From: Nitrosopumilus sp.
GTDB lineage: Archaea; Thermoproteota; Nitrososphaeria; Nitrososphaerales; Nitrosopumilaceae
DNA: 64,000 bases
Direction of reading: 5' to 3'
Assembly (NCBI GenBank): GCA_965223425.1
Contig: OZ245003.1
Coordinates: 2,176,001 to 2,240,000 of the forward strand
Numbering within the stretch: position 1 is the first letter of the stretch; each line of letters begins with the position of its first letter. Positions 28,957 through 39,068 of the stretch are shown piece by piece. The translations under genes and the position numbers were made by a program. The notes under the pieces are model-generated. The model ran no database searches and was not told the DNA's origin. It saw nothing but the letters and a program-made list of their open reading frames with translations.

Positions 28957-30255
28957 TTGAAGAAGACAATTTCTGGAATTAGGGGAATATTTGGAGAGGA
29001 TCTGAATCTAAAAGATGTGCTAGAGTTTTGTAATAATTTTTCATCTTTAATTAAATCACAAAAATGTGTTATTGGAAAAGACACCAGACCTTCAGGTTCT
29101 ATGATGAAAGACGTTGCTAGTGCTGCATTGATGAAAAATGGAATTGATGTGTTTAATTTGGGGACAGCGCCAACTCCTGTGGTTTTCAGAGATGCAAGAA
29201 AGTATGGTGCAGGAATTGTAATTTCTTCGTCTCACAATCCAATTAATTGGAATGGGATGAAATTCATTATTGAAGGTAGAGGAATAAATGAAGAAGAGTT
29301 ACCACAAATTGTCGAGCATCAAGAAATTTTAAAATCAAAAATTGGAGTCGAACACGACATATCATCATCATACATTGATGATGCAGAAAAGATCATAGGA
29401 AATGTCGAAAATCAGCCAGAAATAGCAGTAGATATTGGAGGAGGTGCTGCTAAAGGCTTTGCACCGGACTTGTTGAAAAAAATAGGATGCAGGGTTGATG
29501 TTCTAAATGAAGAACTATCAGGGTGTTCAAGAGGACCTGATCCTACATCTGATGAGCTGTCTGAATTGATCCTAGCATCTAACAAAAAAGAAATTGGGTT
29601 TGCATTTGACTTGGATGGAGATCGCTTAGTGGTGGTCAGAAAAGGAAAGAAACAGACTCCAGATGTGACACTAGGGCTGGGTGTTGCGAAATCTTTGGAG
29701 TTAGGTTACAAGAAATTTGTTCTAAGTATCGATACAAGTGTATCAGTTGAAAAATTCATCTTGGAAAAAGGCGGCACTGTTCAAAGATCAAAAGTGGGGG
29801 AAGCAAATGTGATGGATCTCATGCTAAAAAACGATGCTCAAGCAGGCGGAGAAGGAAGCAGTGCAGGTTTTATTTTGCCAGAATTTAATTATTGTAGAGA
29901 GGGAATTCTTACTAGCGGTTTGATAGCTTCCATGTTGGGAAGCTCAAAATTTGATGAAATTCTGGATTATATGGAAAGTTACTGTCAAATAAGGGGGAAA
30001 GCCGAAGTTGATTCAACTTTTCATGATAAGGTAATACAAGAAGTCAGTTCTAAGATTTCAAAACAATATTCAGAAGTAATCACACTAGATGGAATCAAAG
30101 GAATTATTGATGAGAACAGCTGGGTTTTGATTAGAAAATCAAACACTGAGGACAGCATAAGAGTTTCAGCAGAATCAAATAACGAAGAAAAATGTAAAAA
30201 AAATGTGAGGGAGGCATTAGAATTAGTGAAACAAAGCTATGACAAAGTTAGATGA
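28957..30255 (+). CDS. Phosphohexomutase (phosphomannomutase/phosphoglucomutase family)
   Basis: SGIRG, DTRPSG, SSSHNP, FDLDGDR and GGEGS motifs. Confidence 0.93.
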   Translation: MKKTISGIRGIFGEDLNLKDVLEFCNNFSSLIKSQKCVIGKDTRPSGSMMKDVASAALMKNGIDVFNLGTAPTPVVFRDARKYGAGIVISSSHNPINWNGMKFIIEGRGINEEELPQIVEHQEILKSKIGVEHDISSSYIDDAEKIIGNVENQPEIAVDIGGGAAKGFAPDLLKKIGCRVDVLNEELSGCSRGPDPTSDELSELILASNKKEIGFAFDLDGDRLVVVRKGKKQTPDVTLGLGVAKSLELGYKKFVLSIDTSVSVEKFILEKGGTVQRSKVGEANVMDLMLKNDAQAGGEGSSAGFILPEFNYCREGILTSGLIASMLGSSKFDEILDYMESYCQIRGKAEVDSTFHDKVIQEVSSKISKQYSEVITLDGIKGIIDENSWVLIRKSNTEDSIRVSAESNNEEKCKKNVREALELVKQSYDKVR

Positions 30256-31189
30256 ATCTTCAATAATCAAAATTTTTCAGAACAAGTTAGGAAACAAGAA
30301 ATTTGTTTCTGAAGATGTAGAAATTTTCAATTTGGGCAAGACCAAAATTGTAGCTAAAACAGATACGCTAGTAGAAAGTACTGATATTCCATCTAAAATG
30401 AAGTTGGCAGATGCTGCAAGAAAAAGTGTTGTTGCATGTGTAAGTGATTTTGCTGCAAAAGGAATCAAACCTCAATATGGAATCATTTCTGTGAATCTGC
30501 CAAAAACAATCTCACACTCACAAATTAATGAGATTACAGGAGGTTTTAGAAAAGCGTGTGATGAATATGGCATCTCAATACTAGGCGGCGATACTAATTC
30601 AGGCAGAGAGATTGTTTTCAATGTATGTGTTTTTGGAAAAACTGACAAAATAGTCAGTAGAAAAGGGGCCAAAATCAAGGATTTGATATTTGTAACAGGG
30701 CCATTTGGCTATACTGCTGCAGGATTGAATATGCTTCTTGGTAAAAAGAATGGAAAAGGTAATTTTGTTAAAAAATCAATCAGATCAGTAACAAAACCCG
30801 AACCAAAACTCAATTTTGGAATAAAAAATAAAAAATATTTTTCATCATCAATGGATTCTAGTGATGGGTTATCTACTACTTTAAATGAAATGTCAAAGCA
30901 GAGTAAAAAAAAATTCATAATTAACAATACTCCTTCAATGAAAGATCTACAAGAATATGCCAAATCTCGCAAATTTAATTTAAACAAGTTAGTTTTTCAT
31001 GGAGGAGAAGAATATGAGATTGTGTTTACGATATCACCAAAATATAGGCAAATAATTAAAAAAAATGCCAAATTGCTTAAAATACCAATTATTGAGATTG
31101 GATATGTTACATCGGGAAGAGGGGTTTTTGTACAAGAGAAAAACAGCCAGATTCGTTTGAAGGGCCTGGGATGGAAGCATTTTAGGTGA
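30239..31189 (+). CDS. thiL: Thiamine-monophosphate kinase
   Basis: SDFAAKG, GGDT, MDSSDGL and GGEEYE motifs. Confidence 0.92.
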   Translation: MTKLDESSIIKIFQNKLGNKKFVSEDVEIFNLGKTKIVAKTDTLVESTDIPSKMKLADAARKSVVACVSDFAAKGIKPQYGIISVNLPKTISHSQINEITGGFRKACDEYGISILGGDTNSGREIVFNVCVFGKTDKIVSRKGAKIKDLIFVTGPFGYTAAGLNMLLGKKNGKGNFVKKSIRSVTKPEPKLNFGIKNKKYFSSSMDSSDGLSTTLNEMSKQSKKKFIINNTPSMKDLQEYAKSRKFNLNKLVFHGGEEYEIVFTISPKYRQIIKKNAKLLKIPIIEIGYVTSGRGVFVQEKNSQIRLKGLGWKHFR

Positions 31190-31510
31190 CTATTCGCCAT
31201 AAGAGAAATCTCTATCCACATTATTTGCAATATTGATTATAGAATCAGCTGGAAGTATTGCAACACATTCATTCATCCATTTCTCATCCAGATACAACAT
31301 TCGTTTCATGTCATCTTCAGGTAGTTCATCAGGATTTGATTCTGGATAAGTTGCATGAATTTTGTATCCCTCATTGGCAATCAGCTGGCATTTTTCTTCC
31401 AATGGAGCCAAAACCAAATCATTGATCGGTAGTTGAAGCTGAAAGGCCAAAGAGCCAAGCAAGGCAGCAGCAACCCCAATTCCAATAGCCAACAAAAGAA
31501 TCGATGCCAT
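31190..31510 (-). CDS. Hypothetical membrane-anchored protein
   Basis: N-terminal TM/signal segment. Confidence 0.65.
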   Translation of the reverse strand: MASILLLAIGIGVAAALLGSLAFQLQLPINDLVLAPLEEKCQLIANEGYKIHATYPESNPDELPEDDMKRMLYLDEKWMNECVAILPADSIINIANNVDRDFSYGE

Positions 31511-31626
31511 TAGAAAATCCAGTTTAACAAAGTATATGAATAATCACTAATTTTGTGCCAAGTAAATAAATTAAGACGGGGCTAGAAAATCAATGTTTTT
31601 TAAACCCTTTAAGATGTGAGTAGTCA

Positions 31627-32178
31627 TTGTCAGAAACTGAAATCAAAGTTGAGGAAGCGCCAGTTGAGCAAGTAAAATCTGAGGCCGAAGCGCCAGTTGA
31701 GCAAGTAAAATCTGAGGCCGAAGCGCCAGTTGAGCAAGTAAAATCTGAGGCCGAAGCTGAAACAAAATCTCAACCAGAGGTAAAAAAGGAAGGTCCTGAA
31801 AAATGGGGAATCGTCCATATTTACAGCAGTTACAATAATACAATTATTCACATGACTGATCTTACCGGCGGAGAAACTGTTGCCATCAGTTCTGGGGGAA
31901 TACATGTCAATGCTGACAGATACGAATCATCACCATTTGCTGCAATGAAAGCTGCAAATGCAGTAGTCGAATCTGCAAAAACAAAAGGATTCACTGGATT
32001 TCATATCAGAGTTCGTGCAGTAGGCGGGGTTGGTTCTAGAGTACCGGGCCCAGGTGCACAAGCTGCTATCAGAGCATTAGCAAGAGGCGGATTTAAGATT
32101 GGAAGAATTGATGATGTTACACCTATTCCTCATGACACCACTAGAAAGAAAGGTGGAAAAAGAGGAAGAAGAGTCTAG
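31627..32178 (+). CDS. rps11: 30S ribosomal protein S11 with acidic N-terminal repeats
   Basis: [18 protein letters not shown] and DVTPIPHD...GGKRGRRV motifs. Confidence 0.97.
   Translation: MSETEIKVEEAPVEQVKSEAEAPVEQVKSEAEAPVEQVKSEAEAETKSQPEVKKEGPEKWGIVHIYSSYNNTIIHMTDLTGGETVAISSGGIHVNADRYESSPFAAMKAANAVVESAKTKGFTGFHIRVRAVGGVGSRVPGPGAQAAIRALARGGFKIGRIDDVTPIPHDTTRKKGGKRGRRV
31654..31752 (+). repeat. 3 x 33-bp perfect tandem repeat ([11 protein letters not shown])
   Basis: GAAGCGCCAGTTGAGCAAGTAAAATCTGAGGCC three times. Confidence 0.95.
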
Positions 32179-32486
32179 TCTGCTTTCTTTACTTTTACAT
32201 TACAATCCCTAGAATCAAAATAATCTGCCATAAATTTTGTAAATTTTTCTGGTTGATCACACCACCTGTATTTTTCTAACATATCAGAAAATTTTTCTTC
32301 TATGCCGGTTCGTAGATCAGATTTGAAGGCTAGTTTGAAAAATGTCCATCCAAATTTTGTTGAAGGCTCACTGAGCGCATATCCATTATGACACCCTACA
32401 AGACTCTCCATGTGCGAAAGTGCTTTTTTGACTGATAACAAATCATCGGCATAATTTTTTGTTCCAATTTCCAAGGTTATACTCAT
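32175..32486 (-). CDS. Conserved hypothetical protein
   Basis: Last ORF of the rtcB operon. Confidence 0.7.
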   Translation of the reverse strand: MSITLEIGTKNYADDLLSVKKALSHMESLVGCHNGYALSEPSTKFGWTFFKLAFKSDLRTGIEEKFSDMLEKYRWCDQPEKFTKFMADYFDSRDCNVKVKKAD

Positions 32487-32492
32487 GATTCA

Positions 32493-32903
32493 TCAACCAT
32501 CATCAGAGGATTTACTACCAAGTTTATCACTCAGGGATACAAACTTTCCATCTTGCTCAACATTGATTTTTGTCGCCATTCTGATATTTAGGCCAACGGA
32601 TCTAAATAATGTCAATAACTTTCCCCCATCAATAATTTCATTAATTTCACCTGTCTTAATTAATTCAGATAATTTTTCTACAATAATTTTAGTTTCGTTT
32701 GGAAATTGAGATTCTGCATTTTCCAAAACTTCCAATCCTCTAAATCCCAGTCTAGCAACAAGTAAATTTCGCGTATTTTCAGGCTGTTTTTCTTTGTCAG
32801 GTTCTTGGGCTTGTTTAATATCTTGTTTTGAAGAGATATTTTTTTGCATTTCAGCTAGTCTTTTTGCCTTTAGTCGTTCAAGTTCAGAATTCTCCTCGCT
32901 CAA
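32493..32903 (-). CDS. PDCD5/TFAR19-like DNA-binding protein
   Basis: ELERLKAKRLAEMQ N-terminus; overlaps the rtcB stop. Confidence 0.7.
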   Translation of the reverse strand: MSEENSELERLKAKRLAEMQKNISSKQDIKQAQEPDKEKQPENTRNLLVARLGFRGLEVLENAESQFPNETKIIVEKLSELIKTGEINEIIDGGKLLTLFRSVGLNIRMATKINVEQDGKFVSLSDKLGSKSSDDG

Positions 32904-34348
32904 CCCTTAATCACACCCATAGGCACCAATTTGGCAACTTTTGTAGCAATCCCGAGATTATGAGATACGTCAACTACAGCATCAACGTCTTTGTATGCTT
33001 GAGGAGTTTCTTCCACAACCCCATCTCTTGTTAGTGCCTTGATAAATATGCCCTTGTCATTGAGGGATTTTTTAACATCATCTTCAGTATAGTTTCTCCT
33101 GGCTTTTGATCTGGACATTGTCCTTCCGGCCCCATGTGCAGTTGAGCCAAAACTCAAATCCATAGAACTAGGCTGTCCAAGCAGAATCCAGCTTGCCGTA
33201 CCCATTGAACCTGGAACCAAGACAGGTTGTCCTAAATCTCGATATTTTGAGGGGACTTCGTCACGATTTGCAGGAAATGCTCTTGTTGCACCTTTTCTAT
33301 GAACAACAAGTTTTCGTTCTTGTCCGTCAACTTTGTGCTTTTCTACTTTTGCAATATTGTGAGCAACATCATAGACTAGCTTCATGTCAAGATCAGATTC
33401 TGTTTGATTAAATACACGCTCAAAAGATTTGCGAGTCCAATGAGTAATCATTTGCCTGTTACTCCATGCAAAATTTAGTGCTGAAAACATTGCTTTTCTG
33501 TAAGATTCACCCTCTTCAGAAGTGTTAGGAACACATGCAAGTTCCCTGTCCGGTAAGTTGATATCATATTTTTCCATTGCTTGTTCGGAAATCCTAAGAT
33601 AATCACTACATACTTGATGACCGAATCCTCTAGAACCACAATGAATTAAAATTGTAATAGATCCTTCTTTAATTCCCATTCTATTTGCTGCTTGTTCATC
33701 ATGAACTTCAGCAACTTTTTGTACTTCAAGGAAATGATTTCCAGAACCTAAACTTCCAAGTTGTGGTGCACCTCTTTTTCTTGCTTTATCAGAAACTTTG
33801 TTAGGATCAGCATTTTGAATTTGACCATTCTCTTCGCAAACATCAGAGTCATTTGGTGAACCATAGCCATGTTCAATTGCCCAATTGACACCATTGACCA
33901 AAACTTCGTCAAGTTCTGAGTGAGTGAGTTTGACTGCACCTTTTGAACCAACGCCTGAAGGAATAGAGCCAAAGAGATCAGTAACAAGATCTTTTAGTTT
34001 TGAGCGAACTGTCTTTTCAGTTAAATTTGAGCAAAGTAATCGGACTCCGCAATTGATATCATATCCAACGCCACCGGGACTAATCATTCCTTCTTCTGCA
34101 TCCATAGCTGCAACTCCACCTACGGGAAAGCCATAACCTTCATGACCATCAGGCAAAACAACACTATGACCAACTATGCCAGGAATAGAAGAAACATTTC
34201 GTGCCTGCATAATTGTTCTATCAGACAACATTTTCTGTAGCAGTGGTTCATCAGCATAGATTCGTACAGGAACCCTCATTCCGAGATTAGAATCAGCGTC
34301 AATTTGATATTGATTTTCCCCAATTTTTTTTGGAGTGCTAGCAGACAT
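32900..34348 (-). CDS. rtcB: RNA-splicing ligase RtcB
   Basis: PDGHEGYGFPVGG, GYDINCG, GSGNHF, HRKGAT and HGAGR motifs. Confidence 0.97.
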   Translation of the reverse strand: MSASTPKKIGENQYQIDADSNLGMRVPVRIYADEPLLQKMLSDRTIMQARNVSSIPGIVGHSVVLPDGHEGYGFPVGGVAAMDAEEGMISPGGVGYDINCGVRLLCSNLTEKTVRSKLKDLVTDLFGSIPSGVGSKGAVKLTHSELDEVLVNGVNWAIEHGYGSPNDSDVCEENGQIQNADPNKVSDKARKRGAPQLGSLGSGNHFLEVQKVAEVHDEQAANRMGIKEGSITILIHCGSRGFGHQVCSDYLRISEQAMEKYDINLPDRELACVPNTSEEGESYRKAMFSALNFAWSNRQMITHWTRKSFERVFNQTESDLDMKLVYDVAHNIAKVEKHKVDGQERKLVVHRKGATRAFPANRDEVPSKYRDLGQPVLVPGSMGTASWILLGQPSSMDLSFGSTAHGAGRTMSRSKARRNYTEDDVKKSLNDKGIFIKALTRDGVVEETPQAYKDVDAVVDVSHNLGIATKVAKLVPMGVIKG

Positions 34349-34437
34349 GAGTATCGGTAAAGTTTCCTTTCAATCCAATTTAAATCATCAGAAGAGTTGT
34401 AAAAAAATTTTAAATGAATTGGGATTTATTCAAATGC

Positions 34438-34593
34438 ATGTTAGACGAGGCGGCCATCACACACAAGGCAAATCAATTACTTGCAGAATTGAGAGACAAT
34501 CCTGATTGGGCAATTGATGAAAAAAATTTTAAACAAGGTTATCTCAAAGCTTTAGAGTGGGTGTTATCAGAAACTGGAATTGAACAAAATTAG
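34438..34593 (+). CDS. Small hypothetical protein (51 aa)
   Basis: MLDEAAITHK...GYLKALEWVL; below the ORF-track size cutoff. Confidence 0.55.
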   Translation: MLDEAAITHKANQLLAELRDNPDWAIDEKNFKQGYLKALEWVLSETGIEQN

Positions 34594-34634
34594 TTTACAG
34601 AATGAAAACTTTCCACGTCTGGAAAGAACAATGC

Positions 34635-34660
34635 GTTCTGTAACGTTATCGTTACGGAAC
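34635..34660. promoter_or_regulatory. 26-bp palindrome, copy 1 (putative operator)
   Basis: GTTCTGTAACGTTATCGTTACGGAAC. Confidence 0.65.
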
Positions 34661-34704
34661 CATTGAATAGGTACTATTATAAGATTGTGAGAAACACTAC
34701 AAAT

Positions 34705-35137
34705 ATGGAAGTAAGAAATTATATTGATTTTGAGGTAATCAAGGAAAGATGGAATGTATACAATTTGCACGACGGTACTAAAGTGAAAATAAGAAACATG
34801 CTACATTCAGCATGGTACACAGAAGACTCTCAAGGAAATAAAATATTCAACTGACATCAACAGTACGACTGTTTTGATGTGTGACACTAACCTGCAGGGA
34901 GAAAAAAATCAAACCCAATACACGCCAAAACAATTACAAGAAGACATAGAAGTTGAAAATTGCAGATATGACACCTTGCAGTATGAACCAGCAGAGTACC
35001 TGTTAGATGAAGGAACCAAGATCTTAATTCATTCCAATCTTACAGCAATTTCAAGGACAAAACTGTTTGATAGAAAAGGTGACAGGATCTACATAATTAG
35101 CAATGCGATATCTGCAACTGTGACTCCACTACAGTAG
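34705..35137 (+). pseudogene. Frameshifted hypothetical gene with two related W/Y-x-L-x-D/E-G-T-K halves
   Basis: Frame 34705-34854 continues in another frame as TDINSTTVLMCD... to 35137; single-base shift near 34850. Confidence 0.6.
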
Positions 35138-35142
35138 AAAAA

Positions 35143-35280
35143 TCAGTCAAATTCTATGATCGTAGACTCGTTTGGTTTAGGACTAAAGAATACAGTTTGT
35201 ATAGTCCTACTCTTTGGAGCACTAGACATCAATACTGTTTTGGACTGCCCATCTTCAAGAACAACACTGTTTTCATCCAT
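35143..35280 (-). CDS. Small hypothetical protein (45 aa)
   Basis: MDENSVVLEDGQSK...; TTATATAA box upstream. Confidence 0.45.
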   Translation of the reverse strand: MDENSVVLEDGQSKTVLMSSAPKSRTIQTVFFSPKPNESTIIEFD

Positions 35281-35324
35281 AATCATTCTTGCCAGAGTCG
35301 TTATATAAGATTTATCTCTGCAAG

Positions 35325-35350
35325 GTTCTGTAACGTTAACGTTACGGAAC
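35325..35350. promoter_or_regulatory. 26-bp palindrome, copy 2
   Basis: GTTCTGTAACGTTAACGTTACGGAAC. Confidence 0.65.
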
Positions 35351-35395
35351 CGAACAATGATCTAATTTATCTAGGATAAAATAGATTCGGTATGC

Positions 35396-35593
35396 GTGGT
35401 TAGAAAAAAATTAACGGATGAGGAAAAAGAAGAGCAGAAAAAACAGCAAAAAATGAGAGCAGGTATTTCTCGAGCTGCTCGAAGAAGTGGAAAGCCTACC
35501 AAAAAAGAAGGCAAAGTAAACAAGGCCAAGGCAAAGACAAAAGAAGCCAGATCACAAAAGAAGATAGCCACTGTAAAAAAATCCCGATATTAA
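35396..35593 (+). CDS. Small very basic (Lys/Arg-rich) protein
   Basis: 65-aa K/R-rich ORF. Confidence 0.55.
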   Translation: MVRKKLTDEEKEEQKKQQKMRAGISRAARRSGKPTKKEGKVNKAKAKTKEARSQKKIATVKKSRY

Positions 35594-35703
35594 ACAGGCA
35601 GATCTTAAAAAAGTAATTTTTTGAGGCCAGATTGCAACAAAATAACTTCAGACACGCAAACAGGACAAGAAGTAGATTTATTTTCTCATGAATACAGGTC
35701 ATA

Positions 35704-37068
35704 ATGTTGGCAATTTTACCCATAGACAGCGGTCGTTATGGCACTAAGGAGATGATGGAGGTTTTCAGTGAGCAAAACAAAGTGAATTATCAGTTAGAGA
35801 TCGAAGGTGCAGCTGCTGTTTCACAAAGTGAGATAGGATTGATCCCAAAGACTGCTGGAAAGAAAATTCTCAAAGTTGCAACATCTGGAAAAATTACTGC
35901 AAAAAGAATCAAACAGCTTGAAGCAAAAAGTGATCATGACACTGCAGCATTAGTTGAATCACTAAGTGAAAAATGTACAAAGGATGCCAGACCGTGGATT
36001 CATTATGGACTAACAAGCAACGACTTGGTAGACACTAGTAATTCTATGCAAATGCGTGACTCGTTGAAAATAATTGAACCAAAAGTTGCAAAGATGGCAT
36101 CAATTCTTGCACAAAAAGCTGTAAAATACGAAAATACTCCAGCTGTGGGCAGAACTCATGGACAACATGCAAGTATCATTTCATTTGGATTAAAATTTGC
36201 AAACTGGGCCGCAGAGATGGCAAAACATGTAGAAAGAATTGAAGAGATTAAGAAAAGAATCCTAATTTGTAAGACACTCGGTGTTGTAGGTACCGGTTCT
36301 TTAATGGGTGCAAAATCACTTGAAGTACAAAAAAGAGTCGCAAGGCGCTTGAATCTTTATCCGGCAGAAGTTACTACTCAAATCGTCCCAAGAGAGAGAT
36401 ACGCAGAATATGTCTTTGAGTTAGCGCTGATTGGCTCAACTTTGGAAAAAATTGCAGTAGAGGTCAGAAACTTGCAGAGAACAGAGATTGGGGAGGTTGC
36501 CGAACAGTTCAAGAAGGGGCAGATGGGCAGCAGTGCAGTTCCTGTAAAAAGAAATCCAATCAAAAGCGAGAGGGTTTCATCATTATCTAAAATGGTAAGA
36601 GGTCAAGTGGGTATTTCCTTTGAAAATATTCCTTTATGGCATGAACGAGATCTTTCAAATTCAGCAAATGAAAGATTTGTGATGCCAACTGCAGCTATCC
36701 TAGTTGATGAAATGTTAGAAACCATGACTGGAATTGTTTCAAACTTGATGGTAAACGAGAAAAAAATTGCAGAAAACCTCTGCATTACAAAGGGGCAAAT
36801 ATTTGCAGAATTTGTTTTAGAGGCACTAATCAAAAAAGGCGTACCAAGATTTGAGGCGTACAGAGATGTTCAAAGAGTTGCATTTGAGGCAAACGGCAAA
36901 GGGATTCAGTACATCGATGCCATTAAAAAAGATAAAGCATTTTCTTCAAAGTTGACAGACAAAGAGATTGATTCGATATTTTCACCAGAAAAACATCTTG
37001 GTGCATCACCTGCAATCATCAGTAATGTAAAAAAGTCTGTCCAAAATACAGTTAAAAAATTCATCTAG
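35704..37068 (+). CDS. purB: Adenylosuccinate lyase
   Basis: HYGLTSND, GRTHGQHA and GSSAVPVKRNP motifs. Confidence 0.97.
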   Translation: MLAILPIDSGRYGTKEMMEVFSEQNKVNYQLEIEGAAAVSQSEIGLIPKTAGKKILKVATSGKITAKRIKQLEAKSDHDTAALVESLSEKCTKDARPWIHYGLTSNDLVDTSNSMQMRDSLKIIEPKVAKMASILAQKAVKYENTPAVGRTHGQHASIISFGLKFANWAAEMAKHVERIEEIKKRILICKTLGVVGTGSLMGAKSLEVQKRVARRLNLYPAEVTTQIVPRERYAEYVFELALIGSTLEKIAVEVRNLQRTEIGEVAEQFKKGQMGSSAVPVKRNPIKSERVSSLSKMVRGQVGISFENIPLWHERDLSNSANERFVMPTAAILVDEMLETMTGIVSNLMVNEKKIAENLCITKGQIFAEFVLEALIKKGVPRFEAYRDVQRVAFEANGKGIQYIDAIKKDKAFSSKLTDKEIDSIFSPEKHLGASPAIISNVKKSVQNTVKKFI

Positions 37069-37816
37069 TTTTTAGCAGGGCTTTATGGATTTTAGACCCG
37101 TATTGTAAGGCCTTTTTTCTTTTTGTACAGGATATTTCTGGAACGCTGATTTGACTTGCCAATTTTCTTATGATATGTTTACGATGCAAATCCTCAGAGT
37201 CATGAATTTTTTCAGATAAAGGAATTGTTTTTGCATATTCAATGAATTTTGTAGAAAGTAAGGGCTGAAGTATTTCCACTCCAAACTCAGACGCAATTAG
37301 ATTTATGGCCCTCATCATTTTTAGCTCATTATCTAGCTTGGAGGACATTACCTCATGAATTTTAGATTCTCCTTCAGAAAATGCTTCCCTATATGCATTG
37401 TAGCCGCAAAACAATTCATCAATTCCATTTGCAGTAACCACAATATCAAGTTCTAAGCTTTTTGCTAGTTTAGACACATAGTAAAATGCGATACAGTTTT
37501 CATTCCAGGATAGATTCTCAGTGTTTATTGTTTGATAAATTTTTGATGAGACATCAGAAAAAGAATCTGGATCAATTTCTAGAACATGATGAGGATAATT
37601 CAGGTGTTCGTTGACTTGTTTTGCAAACAAAACATCATGAGATTCATTAAAACCAATTGTCAATAATGTAATATCATAATCCATATCTGAGCAAATTTTT
37701 GAGATTAGTGTGCTATCAACACCACCAGAAAAAGCAATTCCAATTTTCTTTTCTGGAACAGTTTCAGAAATGGAGTTTTTAATATTCTCAAGTAATTCTT
37801 TGTTAATCTTGTCCAT
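37061..37816 (-). CDS. Asparagine synthase C-terminal-domain (PP-loop) protein
   Basis: AFSGGVDS, GIDELFCGY and RKKALQYGS motifs. Confidence 0.88.
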   Translation of the reverse strand: MDKINKELLENIKNSISETVPEKKIGIAFSGGVDSTLISKICSDMDYDITLLTIGFNESHDVLFAKQVNEHLNYPHHVLEIDPDSFSDVSSKIYQTINTENLSWNENCIAFYYVSKLAKSLELDIVVTANGIDELFCGYNAYREAFSEGESKIHEVMSSKLDNELKMMRAINLIASEFGVEILQPLLSTKFIEYAKTIPLSEKIHDSEDLHRKHIIRKLASQISVPEISCTKRKKALQYGSKIHKALLKTR

Positions 37817-37898
37817 AGTCGCTCACGTGATAGATTCTATACAAACAGTAATGAATCAAACCCTTTAACTATTAGTTTAACATTCTATCTAAAACAGT

Positions 37899-38177
37899 AT
37901 GATGCGATTATCACAGACTGACATTGACGAGGAGCTAAAGAATCTCCCGGGCTGGAGTGTTGTAAATGAAAAGCTTCGCAAGGAATTTCAGTTTGATGAC
38001 TTTGACCAGGCATTCGGGTTTATGACTAGGGCAGCTATGGAAATTGAGAAAATGAACCATCATCCAGAATGGTTTAATGTATACAACAGAGTCACCGTAG
38101 AATTAACAACTCACGATGCTGGAGGCATTACAAAAAATGACGTCAATCTTGCCAAAATTCTAAATTCTCTGGCATAG
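37899..38177 (+). CDS. Pterin-4-alpha-carbinolamine dehydratase
   Basis: [21 protein letters not shown]. Confidence 0.95.
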   Translation: MMRLSQTDIDEELKNLPGWSVVNEKLRKEFQFDDFDQAFGFMTRAAMEIEKMNHHPEWFNVYNRVTVELTTHDAGGITKNDVNLAKILNSLA

Positions 38178-38245
38178 CACAAAAGAGAAATTTTAGGCAC
38201 AGACATTATAGAATTTATATTATGATCCAAGTCAGATGATTTCAC

Positions 38246-39061
38246 ATGACTACAAATCCCACAATTCTGGATTCAGATTTTAGATATATCGATAAAAAGG
38301 GAAATTTGCTCAGAACAAGAACAGAGTTAACAGTAGCACAAATGCTTACTTTTCTTGAGGAGGAATATCAATACAACCACAAATTCATTTTAAAGAACGG
38401 AAGTGAAGTGACAGTTGATTTTAAGACAGAGAAGGGATTGATTGAAGTAATTGATGGTGATGATGACATTGAAAAATACAAACAAATCAAAGAAAACTTT
38501 CCTCAAGACAAAGTAATGGCAATTGGACATGGAAAATATGTTGCACAAATTAAAGAGTTGCAAGACATTGTATTTTATGATAAAACGCCACAGACAGGCT
38601 CTATATTTTTAGAAGACGCATCGTTTTCATTTGATTATGCACACATACTTCCTTTAGTCGAAAAATGTTCTATCTTACATGGGCATACATCCTCTGTAAT
38701 GGTAGAGCTGATAGGACAAATGAAAGACAATTTACTCTTGGACTTTAGTGTAGCAAAAAAAATTATCAAAGAAGTCGTAAACATATTTGATCATAAGTTT
38801 TTCATTAACAGAAAATATCTAAAATCCGAAGATGAATCACATTATCTAATTCAGTTTGAAGGTCCGAAAGGGATGTTTGAATTGCAGGTTCCAAAAAATA
38901 CAACTTATCTTTTAGAGGGCGAGGCTACTGTTGAGAATCTTTCAAGTGAAATTATCAAGCTATTAGCGCCAAAAATGCCATCAAACGTAGAGGCAGTAGG
39001 AGTATACATCTACGAAGGATATAACAAAGGCTCTCATATCATCTCAAATATCTCAAGATAG
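38246..39061 (+). CDS. 6-pyruvoyl-tetrahydropterin synthase / QueD-like protein with N-terminal extension
   Basis: FDYAH...CSILHGH, LDF...FDH and TVENL motifs. Confidence 0.85.
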   Translation: MTTNPTILDSDFRYIDKKGNLLRTRTELTVAQMLTFLEEEYQYNHKFILKNGSEVTVDFKTEKGLIEVIDGDDDIEKYKQIKENFPQDKVMAIGHGKYVAQIKELQDIVFYDKTPQTGSIFLEDASFSFDYAHILPLVEKCSILHGHTSSVMVELIGQMKDNLLLDFSVAKKIIKEVVNIFDHKFFINRKYLKSEDESHYLIQFEGPKGMFELQVPKNTTYLLEGEATVENLSSEIIKLLAPKMPSNVEAVGVYIYEGYNKGSHIISNISR

Positions 39062-39068
39062 TTAAGAA

